Assembly: GCA_002633005.1 (NCBI GenBank)
Contig: NMRA01001002.1
Coordinates: forward strand, 9,124 to 73,123
Origin: Phoronis australis
Lineage: Eukaryota > Animalia > Phoronida
Length of the DNA stretch: 64,000 nt
Direction: 5' to 3'
Shown here: in pieces, positions 39,858-52,200 of the stretch
How the letters are laid out: every line of letters begins with the position of its first letter
Numbering within the stretch: the first letter of the stretch is position 1
The notes under the pieces: model-generated
Database searches by the model: none
What the model was told of the DNA's origin: nothing
The model's input: only the letters and a program-made list of their open reading frames with translations
Translations under genes and position numbers: made by a program

Positions 39858-42800
39858 CAAATCTTTAAGGTCGAATTTCGGAAAGTCTATAATAGGTGTC
39901 TTTGCCGATCAGGCTGGACATCGAAATGCACATTCTGCAAGCCACGGATCAGCCGCTTTGAAGTCTAATTTAGAATGATAACTTAAACATTAAAGAACTT
40001 AAGTTTTTGGAAATTAACTCAAGTTTTAGAGGAAAAACTTAAGTTCTTCCGAAAAGCTTTAGTTTTTAAAAGAAACTTATTTTTTTCTTTTTAGCGGACT
40101 TCTGTCTCATTTTCTCAGTTTTTGTTTCTGTGAGGCTGACCTTTTCATGCCCACTTCGGCAAGTGGGGGAGGGGGGTGCTCGTTCGTACCATCCCTGAGT
40201 GCGCGCATGTGCCTGCTTCTCAAAATTAAGAATCACCAATGTTACTATAGTATTTCCTATTTGACTGATTTCCTAAGGTTTGTCGGGACGATCTGGATTA
40301 TTGAATGCGAAAGGACATCCCGATCCCTGTACTAGTATCCCCCAGCATAGGTCACAATGCACCCAAGTGAACTCTCACCAGTCAACATTTATTGTTAAGC
40401 ACATTGAAACTTGCAAAATTCCTATCTAATTGCACCAAATAATTCAACGCAAATAAGGAAAATCTACGTGATTTGACTTAGGGATTGAGTATGTGATTTC
40501 GATTTTTTACCGGGTTGTGGAATACTAGAATTTCGCAAAAGTTTGCATATTCAGACTTAAAATTTTCAAATTCAATGCAAGTTCGACTGGTTTTATTGAA
40601 ATCAAATATTTCAGTGTCATGGTGAAAGTGATAGTTAATCTGGGTATAACTTTACCTAGGAGTTGAGTTGAATATGGACTGACTAGAATGATCTCCCCAT
40701 GTCTGTAGGGGCATATTCTTTTCCCTCAAGCAACTTGCTTGGATCCTCAATTAAATATCTTTGCAAATGTCAGCCAGTAAAGTGATTGGTAGGAGTACGT
40801 GATATAGTACTTTTATGTTTACTGTACATGAGATAATAATTTTATTTTTACTGTAAATAATTATGGTTATGTAAGACCCCTCGTGAAGACCATGCCAGTA
40901 TCTTAAGTGGTGGGTTCAAAGGGCACATAAGGGGTCATGGACCCGGCCCCCTTAAACGCTACAAGATCATTTGGCAGTTTGGGGGCAGGGGGTGAATATC
41001 TGATGGGAAAAACCCTACTTCTGCATTAACCCCCCAACTCAAAATCCTGGATTCGCCCGGCCGTCCCTGATCTTTACATGGATAGCATTACCTGTGAATG
41101 GGTTATGTCTGGATTCTTACAAAGCTATCACATACTTTTATGTTTGCTAATATCTCATTGTTTTCAGGTCCCTATTAACTTGGCGGAGTACTTGGAAGAA
41201 CTACATGTAGACATCCAAAAATTTGCATCAAAACAATCACCCAGGGGTGGTATTGGGTTGTGTACATCCAAATGGTAGGCAGAGCTTCCTATGTTTAATT
41301 GTTGAAGGTTTGAATGTGAAACAATATGAAATATGTCCTTGGTTTAAACAATGGGCTTATAATCTTTAACGAGCTCACTGTTTCGTGTAGCCATTTGGTC
41401 AAGTCAATGTAAAGTTTCTTGGTTTTGCTATAAGTTTCAAAAAGTACACGCGGAAATATACATGTGAGAATGAACTTTCAGTTCTAACCCTGGTTGTGGC
41501 CGTTGAATGTCCATGGAACAGCTAGTTAGTATAAAACTTTACTAGCTCTGCTCATTATGTAGAGTTGGGTATTGTCTTGTCAGATTAATGAATTAAACAA
41601 TGAAAAGTTAATAAAAGGAATTGGAATTGTGTACTGTGGTTTATTGAAGTTGCCAATAGTTTCATCATCTGATAAAAGTATTAATCAATTTTTCATAGAA
41701 CTTGAACTAAAAAGTTACAGAACACGATACCTGGTTAGCCTGAAGTCCAACTTTTATTAACACACTAAGTTTTGTGACATGCACGGTTTGTTCTAGATTG
41801 TGATAGCATGGTAGGTGTTTATGTGCATGTTTTGTATTCAAGTTGTGTAGATTAAATCAGTTTTTGGCCACAATAAGGTGTGTAGAATAAAATTGTTTTG
41901 AATGTTGCGAATCCAGGATTAAAACTTCATTCAAAACAGTAAGTGGAAAACTGACCCACTGCAGTGCATGATTGGAGTAAACTTACAGACTAGTCCTGCA
42001 CTTGAATCCTGGAGAGGGATTGATTAAATTTTGAGTTTGAAGACTATTTTCTAGTCTCTGTATATAAGTCAGTAATTTTTACAAATCAGTGTTGTATATA
42101 CAGCACGATAAATATCCAGCAAGTTAAGTTGTCTTAAATTGATACCTTTTACCAGTCTGTTATTAAAATGTGTTGTCTTTATTGCAGAGTGTGTCTTCAA
42201 GAATCGCTGGATAAGGAAGGCTACCTAGAAAACACAACGTACGCACTTACATGTATGAACTGCATCTCATAAACCTATGAATTCAGTTATCTGAGCTCAG
42301 AAACGCGTTTGTAGTCACAAAACCTGGATTATTTGCCTGTGAAGCTAAGCGAGCAGCTCCAGCTGAAGGAGATTAAGTTGCTTGTGGTCTAGCATAGGGC
42401 CCTATCACATTGACTTAACTCTTGTCTAAACGGAGCGTTGACGTATACTGCGAAGTTAACTGGTCCGTTCATTCTGGCTTCGGTAGTTAATGAACTTCGA
42501 CGTAAACAGTAGTTGACACTGTCGTGATTGAAGGTTGCGCAAGGTAGCCCTGCACCCTAAGATGCGATAATTTGGGAATATTTATATGTGTTAATTGAAA
42601 TAAAACTTATTTTTAAATTGATTGGTGATTATTAGAGCAAGGTATAAGCAACTATTAGCCATCACACTACTAAGCAATTGTTAATGATAACAGTGGCCCC
42701 TGGCAATAACTTCGATAGGACCAAAGTTGGATGTTTATACTGCGCCACAGCGTTGACGCTAAGCATTTAAATCCACCTGTTTAGTGCGAAGTTAACTGGT

Positions 42801-43445
42801 ACTGTTAACTACCTTCCAGGAGGAAAGTTTAAGCGTTCATATTGACAGTAACTCTTAGTATGAAAGGCCCTATACACTGTAGATATGTGTGTGAAGTTCA
42901 GTAGCTTTAAATTAGAGGAAAAAGAATATGTTTGTGGTCAAAAGTCTAAGTTTTCTAATTTCCATCTCGTATAACCAGATTGCACTTGGGGTTAGTTTTA
43001 ATGAAACTTGTTCACACCATGGAGTGTGTTGAATTTAGTGTTATTATGATTTTCAACAAAACGAAACTTTGACATTTAAAGTGATATTTTTAAGGTTGAA
43101 AACGATGGTAGGTGATTCTAGGCACTATTTCTAGCATAAAGATTGTAGTCCCCAAAATCTGATGTGTTGCCATTGTCGATAAACTTTTAGTTATCTGATA
43201 CGTTTTATGTTATGCTCGTGTTTCTGAAATTTAAGTTTTCCAAAAACTTCAGTATTCTGGAACAAGTATTTTGGAACTAACTTAAGTTTTTAAAACTTAA
43301 GATTTCGGAAAACTTAAGTTTTTGAAAAACTTAAGTTTTTATATTTTAAATTTTTGAAAAACTTAAGTCTTCTTGAATAAAAACTTATTTTTTTCAGACC
43401 AAAAACTTAAGTTTTTCGATGAAAACTTAAGTTTATCTTTGCAAG
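39858..43445. mobile_element. Block of about 3.6 kb bounded by AAAACTTAAGTTTT palindrome arrays; probable non-autonomous DNA element
   Basis: Arrays at about 39978-40085 and 43270-43435. The block replaces 1140-2422 of the paralogous segment. Confidence 0.5.
42397..42870. mobile_element. MITE with GGGCC termini
   Basis: ta|gggccctatcaca...tatgaaaggccc|ta. Internal repeats gcgaagttaactggt and agcgttgacg. Confidence 0.6.
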
Positions 43446-43929
43446 GGTACTAAACTGATAATACTAGTAATACGATATTGTGACCACCCAAAGTAGAACA
43501 AAAACTTAATATTTTGTAAGCGTGTATTAATAACAAAGTACATTAGAATATCATACAAAAATCAGCCAGACGTTCAGACACCATTATCCGTAGGGGTATT
43601 ATATTATATAAATGTCCGCGCGCTTAATCTTAATTGTGTACTTACATCAGTTTTGTTATATAATTTTCCCATAAAGTCGGGGCTGACACGTACATGTATC
43701 TTATCTTATGTAGAGCCAATTGAATATAATTCGAATAAGTATAATTGGAACCATCTGCTTTCATAAGATGCCGGATCTTTTCAGTATTTTCGACAGGCAT
43801 GTGCCTTTCTTTGAACTAGGTGCATTACGAGCACTTTGAAGCAATTTACGTATGCATACCTAGTCAATTATTTTACCTTGTATGTACTATAACGATGCTA
43901 CACAATGGCTTGGATACAAGTGGTTTTCC

Positions 43930-44580
43930 GTAGTCTTACGGCATTATAGACGGGTGTTTGTCTTCTGGTCCCATTTGAAGGCATAAATCTATTGTGAGAA
44001 GAAAATTATTCATTAAAACATTCATAATAGTGTAATTCCAGTTTTGACATCTTGCATTAGTGTACTCTTCAGGGTTAGTACCCAACTCTGAAAGTTCCTG
44101 ACTTTCATTTTTAAGCATCCCTATCCAGCTTAACTCCCATCCCCAAAGTACATGAATCGCTAACCTTTTGGCTTACTAAAGTGTTGAAATTCTATTGATG
44201 TTTTAGTTGATTATTGGAAAATAACAGTGTGGGTGTTCAGGCAATCAGCGACGGCTCGGGTGAGGGTTTAGTATAGATTTATTCAAAAAGTTGTTTTAAC
44301 TTTTCATGCTCAGCTTGATGTCGACCCCTCCCAATTTGTCGTGTCCCAATTTAAAAGCCGTGGGCTGTTCGCAAGACACATATGGTAGAAGCCTTAAGTC
44401 TAGGTACTGTATGGTAAAACATTTTTTCAGCTTGGAGCACTGTAAAGTAATTAGTTGGTCAAGATTATACCTTTCCCTGCAAAAATTCACAATTTTGAAC
44501 GCCCTCAAACTCGTAGACGCTAGCCCCTGCAGTACTCGTTTTCACTCTAAATACTTATCCACATTTTCCATTTAATGAAC
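43930..44580 (-). mobile_element. Possible Penelope-like GIY-YIG endonuclease remnant
   Basis: Fragments LITLQCSK..CF.IQY, VADCLNTH and ELSWIGML loosely match the PLE C-terminus. Confidence 0.3.
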
Positions 44581-45105
44581 TTCCCATTCAGAACAATGTT
44601 GCATGTACATTTGTCACTGTCTCCACTTTTAGTTAACCCATTTCTAATTTTTTTGGTGTTTTGTTTCACACATTGTCATAGAGCGATCATTTGCATTGGA
44701 TTTGAGACATTTGAAGTAATATACTTGTGCTCATAAGGTGATGTGCTAAAGTGAGACCTGAAACATTATTAAGTAAATGCAAATGAATCATACCGACACC
44801 ACATACATGACAAAGAGATGCACTTTATTTTTTATGACAAAATTAATAAACCAATTAATTGAAAAACGCTTGCCTTAAGCATTGTTTAAAAGTGATGTGG
44901 GGTTAAGTGGGAATAGAATGGTGCCTAGAATTTGTTATTTATGTAGTAAGGGCTTACTGCATGAATGTTCGGTGTCAGACGATTGACTGTGGGTTTGTTT
45001 AAAAGGTAGCTATGCTTTGAGACTGTGCGTAGATGGAGAGTGAATAATCAAATCCAGTAATTAATTTATTATATGATAACCCCTAATTAGACAAATGAAA
45101 CCTAT

Positions 45106-45874
45106 TGTTAATTTAGTAATCAATTACAAAGAGTAACTACTCTAGCGCCCTCTTTAAAGATTACTTTAACAAACAACCAAAATGATCAAATGTTTTATCT
45201 GCTATCCAAGTATGGACTCTCCACTTGTTGGATGTCTGTCCTGTTGGTGAATCTTCGTACTACACACACACACTGTATAGCGACAGTGTACTTGCTGGTT
45301 ACCGTCTCTTGTGATGCAACTCTTGCAGGCAATTTCTTCTACCCGCGAATCTTCTTTCTGGTCACAGTCTCTGGCTGATCACGCAACACTTCAGGTAGTA
45401 TCTTACTACCCACAAAGCAAGTGACAAGCTCTTAGTAAACTTCCTGTTCGTTAACCCTTGCCCTTGCCAAGATCTCTTCTAGAATCTTCCACGAGATGGC
45501 TCTGTCGTACAATTTCTTCTGTACACTGTAGCAGGTCTTTATGCTTTAACTACTATAGCGTATCTAATTATCTTGTTGATTTCAGCCCATAATATAACAT
45601 TCTACTTACTGTATTTAGTTGGCTAATAAAAACCACATGATCATATTCACTTATATTATTGGTTGTTACAATTTGTTCTCAGAATTTTCTAGAATCTCTA
45701 GAGTTCTTTCACCCCAGAACCCAAAGTTGTAAACACCATCTGAAAATAGATTTTGACGTTAAACTACATGTCAACAAGTCTGACCCCATGATTTAAAAGT
45801 ACATATGCACAAATTTTAGGCAACTTAAAATTGATCTATTCTTACTAATTACTTAATCAATATTTATTCTGACA
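45106..45874 (-). mobile_element. LTR-like repeat; copies at about 55070-55590 and 60384-60610
   Basis: Two copies share the sharp boundary TGTCAGAATAAATA on the minus strand in unrelated contexts. Contains HSE-, CCAAT- and TATA-like motifs. Left boundary uncertain; no TSD found. Confidence 0.5.
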
Positions 45875-47790
45875 TTCGATTTTCCAGACCGCCGTCTATT
45901 AAAATGAAGTCCACATTGAATTGATAGAAGTTTAGATTAGCAATGACATCGAACAGTATTTGGTGCAACTCTGCAGCCTTTGCGCCTCGAGTTGGGTAAT
46001 GGCAACTAGGGAAGCGGAATCTTGTCTATCCTGGAATGAAAATAAATGATTAAAATTATGTCAAAGTAAAGTTCCACCAATTGTTGTGCTCATGATTTGT
46101 GTTGGTCTGTGTCTCAGTCAACATACTAAGGACGGAGATTTGGATAACTTCCGTTGCAAGTTCCTGATGAATTTCACCTTGTTCAGTATTCTCAGGTCGT
46201 TTCCTGAAAGTAAATCACATTGACGTTACATGCATTGATAAGTTGCATATAGTCGCTTGTGTATCACATGGAATAAACAAGTACTAATGGACATGTAAAT
46301 ATCTGCATACTGTCTGAAAACCAGCTTAAATTGTTGATTTTGATGTGAAGCCAACTAGCACTATTTTAAATTGCTGGGGGTGAACTATTGAATTAACTTA
46401 ACAATGTGCATGTTAGAGAATGAATCTGTAGGAATCGGTGTCAAACAATGTATAACAAGCGCTAGTAAACTGAGCTGGTGTCCCTGTATTATAATTGTTT
46501 AATGGTAATTTTTTACCAATCTCTGCAGTATCAATCCAGCCAACAAGTTCAAGAATGCCATTCTTCATGTTCAGCACCAATTCTTCTTGGATTTTTATCT
46601 CATCATGAACAATTCCTCCCAGGCTTTGGCAGGTTTGCTTCTATAGCAGCTCGATGTATCCAAAGAAGCGTCTCGGTGTGCACGCCTGACTCTTGATTTA
46701 ATATCTTTTGTATTCGTGTTGGGTGTCATCCTAAAGGCAACACCAAAGCCCACTTGATCTCAAGCTCTCGTTTGACGCTTTACTCTTAATGTACATGCTC
46801 CATCGATATCCATGTCTTGACTTGGCACGTACAGAAGTGCTATTTGCTGAATTTGCACTAACACCTTCATTTAGTCATCATTAGTCGACTCGATGCATCT
46901 TTCGAAGATCTCAAATAGCAAACATTCTCCTTCTTTCACATTTCTAAATTTTAGCACCCCATGTTTGCTTTTTAGTGCCAGTGTTATAACAAGACACTAT
47001 TGTGAGCAGGAATTATGAAAACAGGTATAAAATTGTGGAAATGTTGATATTCATAATTTAGCGAACAAACTCATTGGACTATTCAATTGATATTCAAATA
47101 GCTGTCTGAGATCAGCTCTGTCATTTTATTCTATAGCAATCTCTATGTTTCGTCTTCTTCATTTTGTCGCCTTTGTACATCTGCATTTGTCTTGTAGATG
47201 TTCTTGGTGTGGCACTTTCTGGAGCTGTTTTGCAAACAAGGTATATCACCTTCACACTTTTCAGACCTAAACAACCCTTCCTTGTTCCCTTGAACTTTTA
47301 TGATTGTTTCCCTTATATTCTGGCGTAATTCTCTCAAATGTATTTTATCAAACCCACAGCAAATATTCATAGCATTCTCGATGCGAGTAATCTCTTTAAC
47401 TGTGTGTCAACACCCAGGGACTCCAGGTCAACTTTGGAAGTTCCCACATTTAATTCCCATTTGTCGTTGCTGAAAGTTAATGTCTATAAAACCAAATTTC
47501 CATCCTGATATATGTTTGTTGGAAAACTGGATGTTGTTGTGTCTGTGACAATTGCAGTTGGTGGAAAACACCTCAATTGGACTTCATAACATTTCTTCCC
47601 TATGATTTTCTTTGACAAGCAATTGAACCCCTTTAAGTATTTTTGGTATTTTTCCTTTTTTCCTTTGTCACAACAGGAAATAAATGCGCTGGCATTTTAC
47701 CCAAAGAGTAGGCACTAAGTTCTCTTGCAGTGTCGCTGGTTTTCACCAATGCTCCTGGTTGTTCTTGAAGGTTGTCGGCTAGCCTGCATC
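45875..47790 (-). pseudogene. Intron-containing P-element/THAP9-like transposase relic
   Basis: Exons with AG/GT ends: GIVHDEIKIQEELVL..LVGWID (first catalytic D); QELATEVIQ; RFPSCHYPT..NVDFILIDGGLENR (second D). Upstream HGYRW and NICCG. Confidence 0.8.
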
Positions 47791-47825
47791 ATCAAATAAC
47801 CATATGTCATTGTCATTGTTCACAG

Positions 47826-48360
47826 GTGATGCTAAAGTCTACATGAGCGAGGACTTGGGCGACGATGCAGCGTTAGAAATAACTCACCGGCTGCTGAACA
47901 GCTTTACTTTAAAGTGGACCCTCCTGCTGTACTACAAATAAATCTCACCAATAAGCTCGTTAACGGCAGCATGGGCTATGTTACTGAGTTACACGATGAT
48001 AATGTCCTCGTCATCTTTGCTGGACAGATAATTAAAGTTCAGAAACATCTGTTCAATATGTTCTCTCCCATTGAAAAAATGGGTGTTACTACAAGATGGC
48101 AGGTGCCATTAAAGCTGGCGTTGGTGTTCACAGTTAATAAAGTGCAAGAATTGACATTTTAAAGAATTGAAATAGAATGTAGAAATATTTTTTATGCAGG
48201 CCAGTTAGATGTCGGGGTAAGAAGAGCTAAGAATAAAGCAGGCCTTAGAATTGTGGACTTCAAAGTAGGGTGTGTACAGAGACGGCCAGATTATATTACA
48301 GATTTTTACAATTCTTGGTCGGTTGATGTAAATGAGTGCTGTAAGAAGATTGTTAGCTAC
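47826..48360 (+). pseudogene. PIF1-family helicase C-terminal fragment
   Basis: NLTNKLVNGSMGYV; RWQVPLKLALVFTVNKVQELTF; IFYAGQLDVGVRRA..GLRIVDF (degenerate PIF1 C-terminal motifs). Confidence 0.85.
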
Positions 48361-49214
48361 AGTAGTTATCAGGGTGATTCAGACGTTACTGACGTTGAAC
48401 TTGAGGCAGCTTTTCTGATGGTTCAGTAAGTGATACCGACTTTAGCCAACTTAAACGTGTCTTATATTCAGTTTGTGTGTTTACTTCTTTGACAACATTG
48501 CTCACCTGTACGCGCTGCATCGTACAATATAAGCAGCACTCAGCCTCGTCTCCAAGCCTCAAGATGGTGCCTATCATTTGAGCCATTCCAGGCTTGGTAA
48601 TGGGAAATAAAATGTGTCAGAATTTTTGCTGAAATTTTAGGAATATAAAAAGCAATTTTGAAACTTTCTGCAGTTTAATATAAAAATAAAAACCAGCGGT
48701 GTATGGCAGCAATTAAGGAGTAGAATTTTGGAAAATGATGTATTTTGATTCGAAAACAGATTAATACTGTTCATTAATAAGAATTGAAAATATGTATGTT
48801 ATTTCAGAGAGTATCTTAACTAATGCATTTTCTGGCATGAATGGTTGCAATGTGAAAATAATTACAATCTGCTTTTGTTCAATGACGTCAAGGCATCGGT
48901 CTATCACTGCTCAGACAGTAATTCCCATAACCAAACCTCCAACGGCTAAACCGATCAGCGCCATTTTGGGACTTGGTAACGAAGTTGAAAAGGTCACATC
49001 GGTGTCAATTGTATGTAAACACAGAGCCCTCAAGAGCTTTTTGTAACATATTGCGAAGATTTTTTGGAATCTTAAAATGGTAACGAAATAGACATTTGGC
49101 CAAAAATGGAATGAATGAAAAGTCACTTCTAAAAATATTTATTACAAGAAAGTGAAGTCCTATAACCAGCTGCAATACTTGTGTTAACAAAGGATTAAAC
49201 ATTTGACCGAATGA

Positions 49215-52200
49215 CGTCATGATGGCGGGAAGGTTAAATTTCTGACACTCCCGAAGTGTCCCCGCTAATTATGCAGAAATATCTAATCTGACGGGATAAA
49301 CGTCTTCAGATCAGCTACACACGAGTGGTAAAACTAAGGAGAACACAAAACAAGGTAGGAAACATGTGCCTAGTAAGGACACTGAGGAACTTCGAAAATC
49401 ATCTTGTTTAAAATCACTGAAGCAGCCTACAATGGAAGCCATTTTGACCAAGGAAAAGCAGGTCAACGACAAAGCGTCAAAGCTTTCACTGAAAGATTGC
49501 CTCAAGGAAGTCTTAATGGACGGCGAAATCCAATCTATGTTCAGATGTCTACTGAAACCTTTAATAGAGGATATGAGGGATGAGATTTACAAGGCCTTAG
49601 AGTTGGAATACGATAAAAGGCTGGAAGAAAATGACAAAAAATAAACTCCCTGGAAAACCAACTTTCGGAATTCAAAGAAGTGATCGAGCGACGAGCACAA
49701 AAATTTGTCAATGAAATGGACGAACTTCAACAGTACAGCCTGCAGAGACCTGGGTGCCAGTGTGTAAGGTTTCTGGACATTCGACGACCGTGTATGCTAC
49801 AAAGAATGGGGTGGTGTTATAAAGCCAGTAAATAGTCTACGGGATTTGTCAGGAATTTAAATAACAAGCCATAGGTGTAAGTAGACACGTGCTACTCCAC
49901 TGTGACGCATATCGTGAGTAGTAAACTAGTAACATTACTTTCAGAATTTATATCTCCCTCTGCCTCTCTGAGAGTGTTGTGTAAAGCGTTGGGTGTAACC
50001 CCCTTTGTTTACTTCCGGTACACATGTATACATGTACAATTATGGTGGTATATGTATGTGCGGTTAAGTATGTGTTGCACTGATCCCCTTTCAGATCACC
50101 TAGCGACGTTTGGTGCGGCCGGTTACTAGTGGCTCATTATTTCTGGAGTCTCTTCTTTTTCTTCTATTGTGACGGATGAGACCACTTGCTGCGAGTGCGA
50201 GACGTACGTTCTGAGTTTAGAAGAGCCCAGCAAGAGCGTAGGGAAAATCAACATGGGATTATTCCACTACTTTGTATAGTTTCCTAGCATTTTTTCTCAC
50301 TTGTGTTTAGTCTTAGCGACTAAATCTTCAATTGACCGTGGCTTGGATTCACCGTGTAGCACGATTCCCGTTGAGTACTTATATACTACTGTACGAAGTA
50401 CAGTCGTGATAGCCCTTTGCTGGTATTATGTGTAGATAACCCTGGTGTGTTTATGTTGTGGATCGTGCTGCGGGCTGAGATTGAGTCATTGAAATGTGAT
50501 TGTGTCCCTTTGGAATTCAGTTAGGGGAACTGGCCAGAGTTGCGTCATGATTGTTTATATAGTTTTATATCATTTTATTACATGTGCACATATATTGTCA
50601 ACAAATATTGCCACTGCATTTGACTTGCACATGATCATTTTTATTTCATTATTTCCTCTCATAGTTGTTGGTGTCGGTACAGTGATTTCATTTACTCAGG
50701 TTTTAGTCAAGGAAATTAGCACGACTTAGTATCAACTGGATTAAGGTTAGCTTTGCCTCAATGACTTGTAGAGGTCTAGGAGATCAAACAAAGCGTAGAG
50801 ATGTGTTCCACTTTCTAAGAGAAAAAAGTTTTGTATTTACCGCCTCCACGACACTCACTTCACCAAAGAAGAAACGAACTTAGTTCGTTCAACCTGGAGT
50901 TATAATATATTGATGAGCCCAGGAACATGAGACTCGCGTGGTGTGTGCATTCTTCTTAATAATAACTTAGAATTTGAAGTCAAGTCCAAAAAATAGATTC
51001 GGATGATAATCTGGTTGCCACGGAAGTCTTAATTGAAAACCATTATCTAGTATCTCTGATAAATTTTTACGGTCCAAACAGAGACAAACCAGATTTTTAC
51101 AAAAATGTTGAGAAAATTATTTCAGATTTTAAGCCTGAATTCGTAATTGTATGTGGTGATTGGAATCTTGTACAAAGTTATGACAACGACTGTCAATGCT
51201 TCTAATGAAGTCCTCAACCTAAAGAGTAAACTTAACCTTGTCGACCCATGGACAGGATACAATCCAGACAAAAAGTTTTTTACCTGGACACGAAGGAATC
51301 CAGTACAAACGGCCCGATTGGACTTCTTTTTAATTTTTGAAGAACTGCTTTCACTTACAGATGACGTCAAAATTCTGCCTGGCTATAGAACAGATCATTC
51401 TCTTCTCTCCCTCTCGTTGAAAAACCCAAAAGTTGTGAGGGGTCGAGGTATTTGGCACTTTAACAATTACCTTCTCAGATACAGAGAATACATCGATACA
51501 GTTAAGGAGGTAATTGAGAACACAGTAATGGACTATACGCCTTCAGGCAATGCACATTCCTCCGACATAGATGACTGTCTTATCCTACAAGTTATTCTCA
51601 TGAATATCAGGTCACGTACTCTTTCCTATAGTTGTCACAAAATGAAGAATCATGAGAAGCGGAAAAAAGAGATTGAATCCCTCACCAGTTTCATTACTTC
51701 TCAAAACCAAAATAGCCCATCAGCTGAATTGGACAGAAGACTGTCTGATCTGCAGGATGAGCTTGAGTCAATGAGAGCGAAAGAAATGAAAGGTGTGATG
51801 GTAAGATCAAAGGCTAAGCGGGTGGAGGCTGGTGAGAAACCTACTAAGTATTTTTGTAATCTGGAAAAATGTACCTTTATCAATAAGAATGTTGCTAAAT
51901 TGGTAACCTTGAGTGGTGAAACAATTGATGATCAAAAAGAACTTTTGAAAGAAATAAGTCAAGTTTATGAAGAACTGTATTCGTGTAAAGACGGAATACT
52001 AGACGAAGTCAATTTGAATGAAGTCTTACCGAGCACGAAAATTCCTAAATTAAGTGAAGCTGAAAGCAACTCACTCGAATCAGGAATCTCAGAACAGGAG
52101 GTGCTTAATTCATTGAAGCACATGAAAAATAATAAAAGTCCAGGTCCGGACGGTTTCACCACGGAATTTTATATTTTTTTCTTGAACAACCTAGTGAAGT

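Larger units (their letters stand above)
35640..43870 (+). repeat. Segmental duplication of about 3930-9225 and 1-2850 (block order differs)
   Basis: 35836 matches 4126 (catcatgcctcctagcttgctgttacaat). 38614 matches position 2 (tggaaaaatcctta). 43446-43870 matches 2423-2850. Confidence 0.85.

Noticed and set aside
39978-43435. Repeated AAAACTTAAGTTTT units as a CRISPR-like array
   Set aside because: Irregular spacing, no unique spacers of constant length, no cas genes, and a eukaryotic context.
45280-45545. Apparent last exon with a shared stop (DLGKGKG* / DLSKVKD*), or a TIR C-terminus
   Set aside because: It lies within the multi-copy LTR-like repeat, and the 55 kb copy has an internal stop.
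47826-48360. Functional host PIF1 gene or intact Helitron
   Set aside because: In-frame stop, degenerate motifs, no N-terminal Walker motifs and no Rep domain visible.
48911-49126. Hydrophobic MALIGLAVGGLVMGITV ORF
   Set aside because: It stops immediately, with no splice or paralog support.
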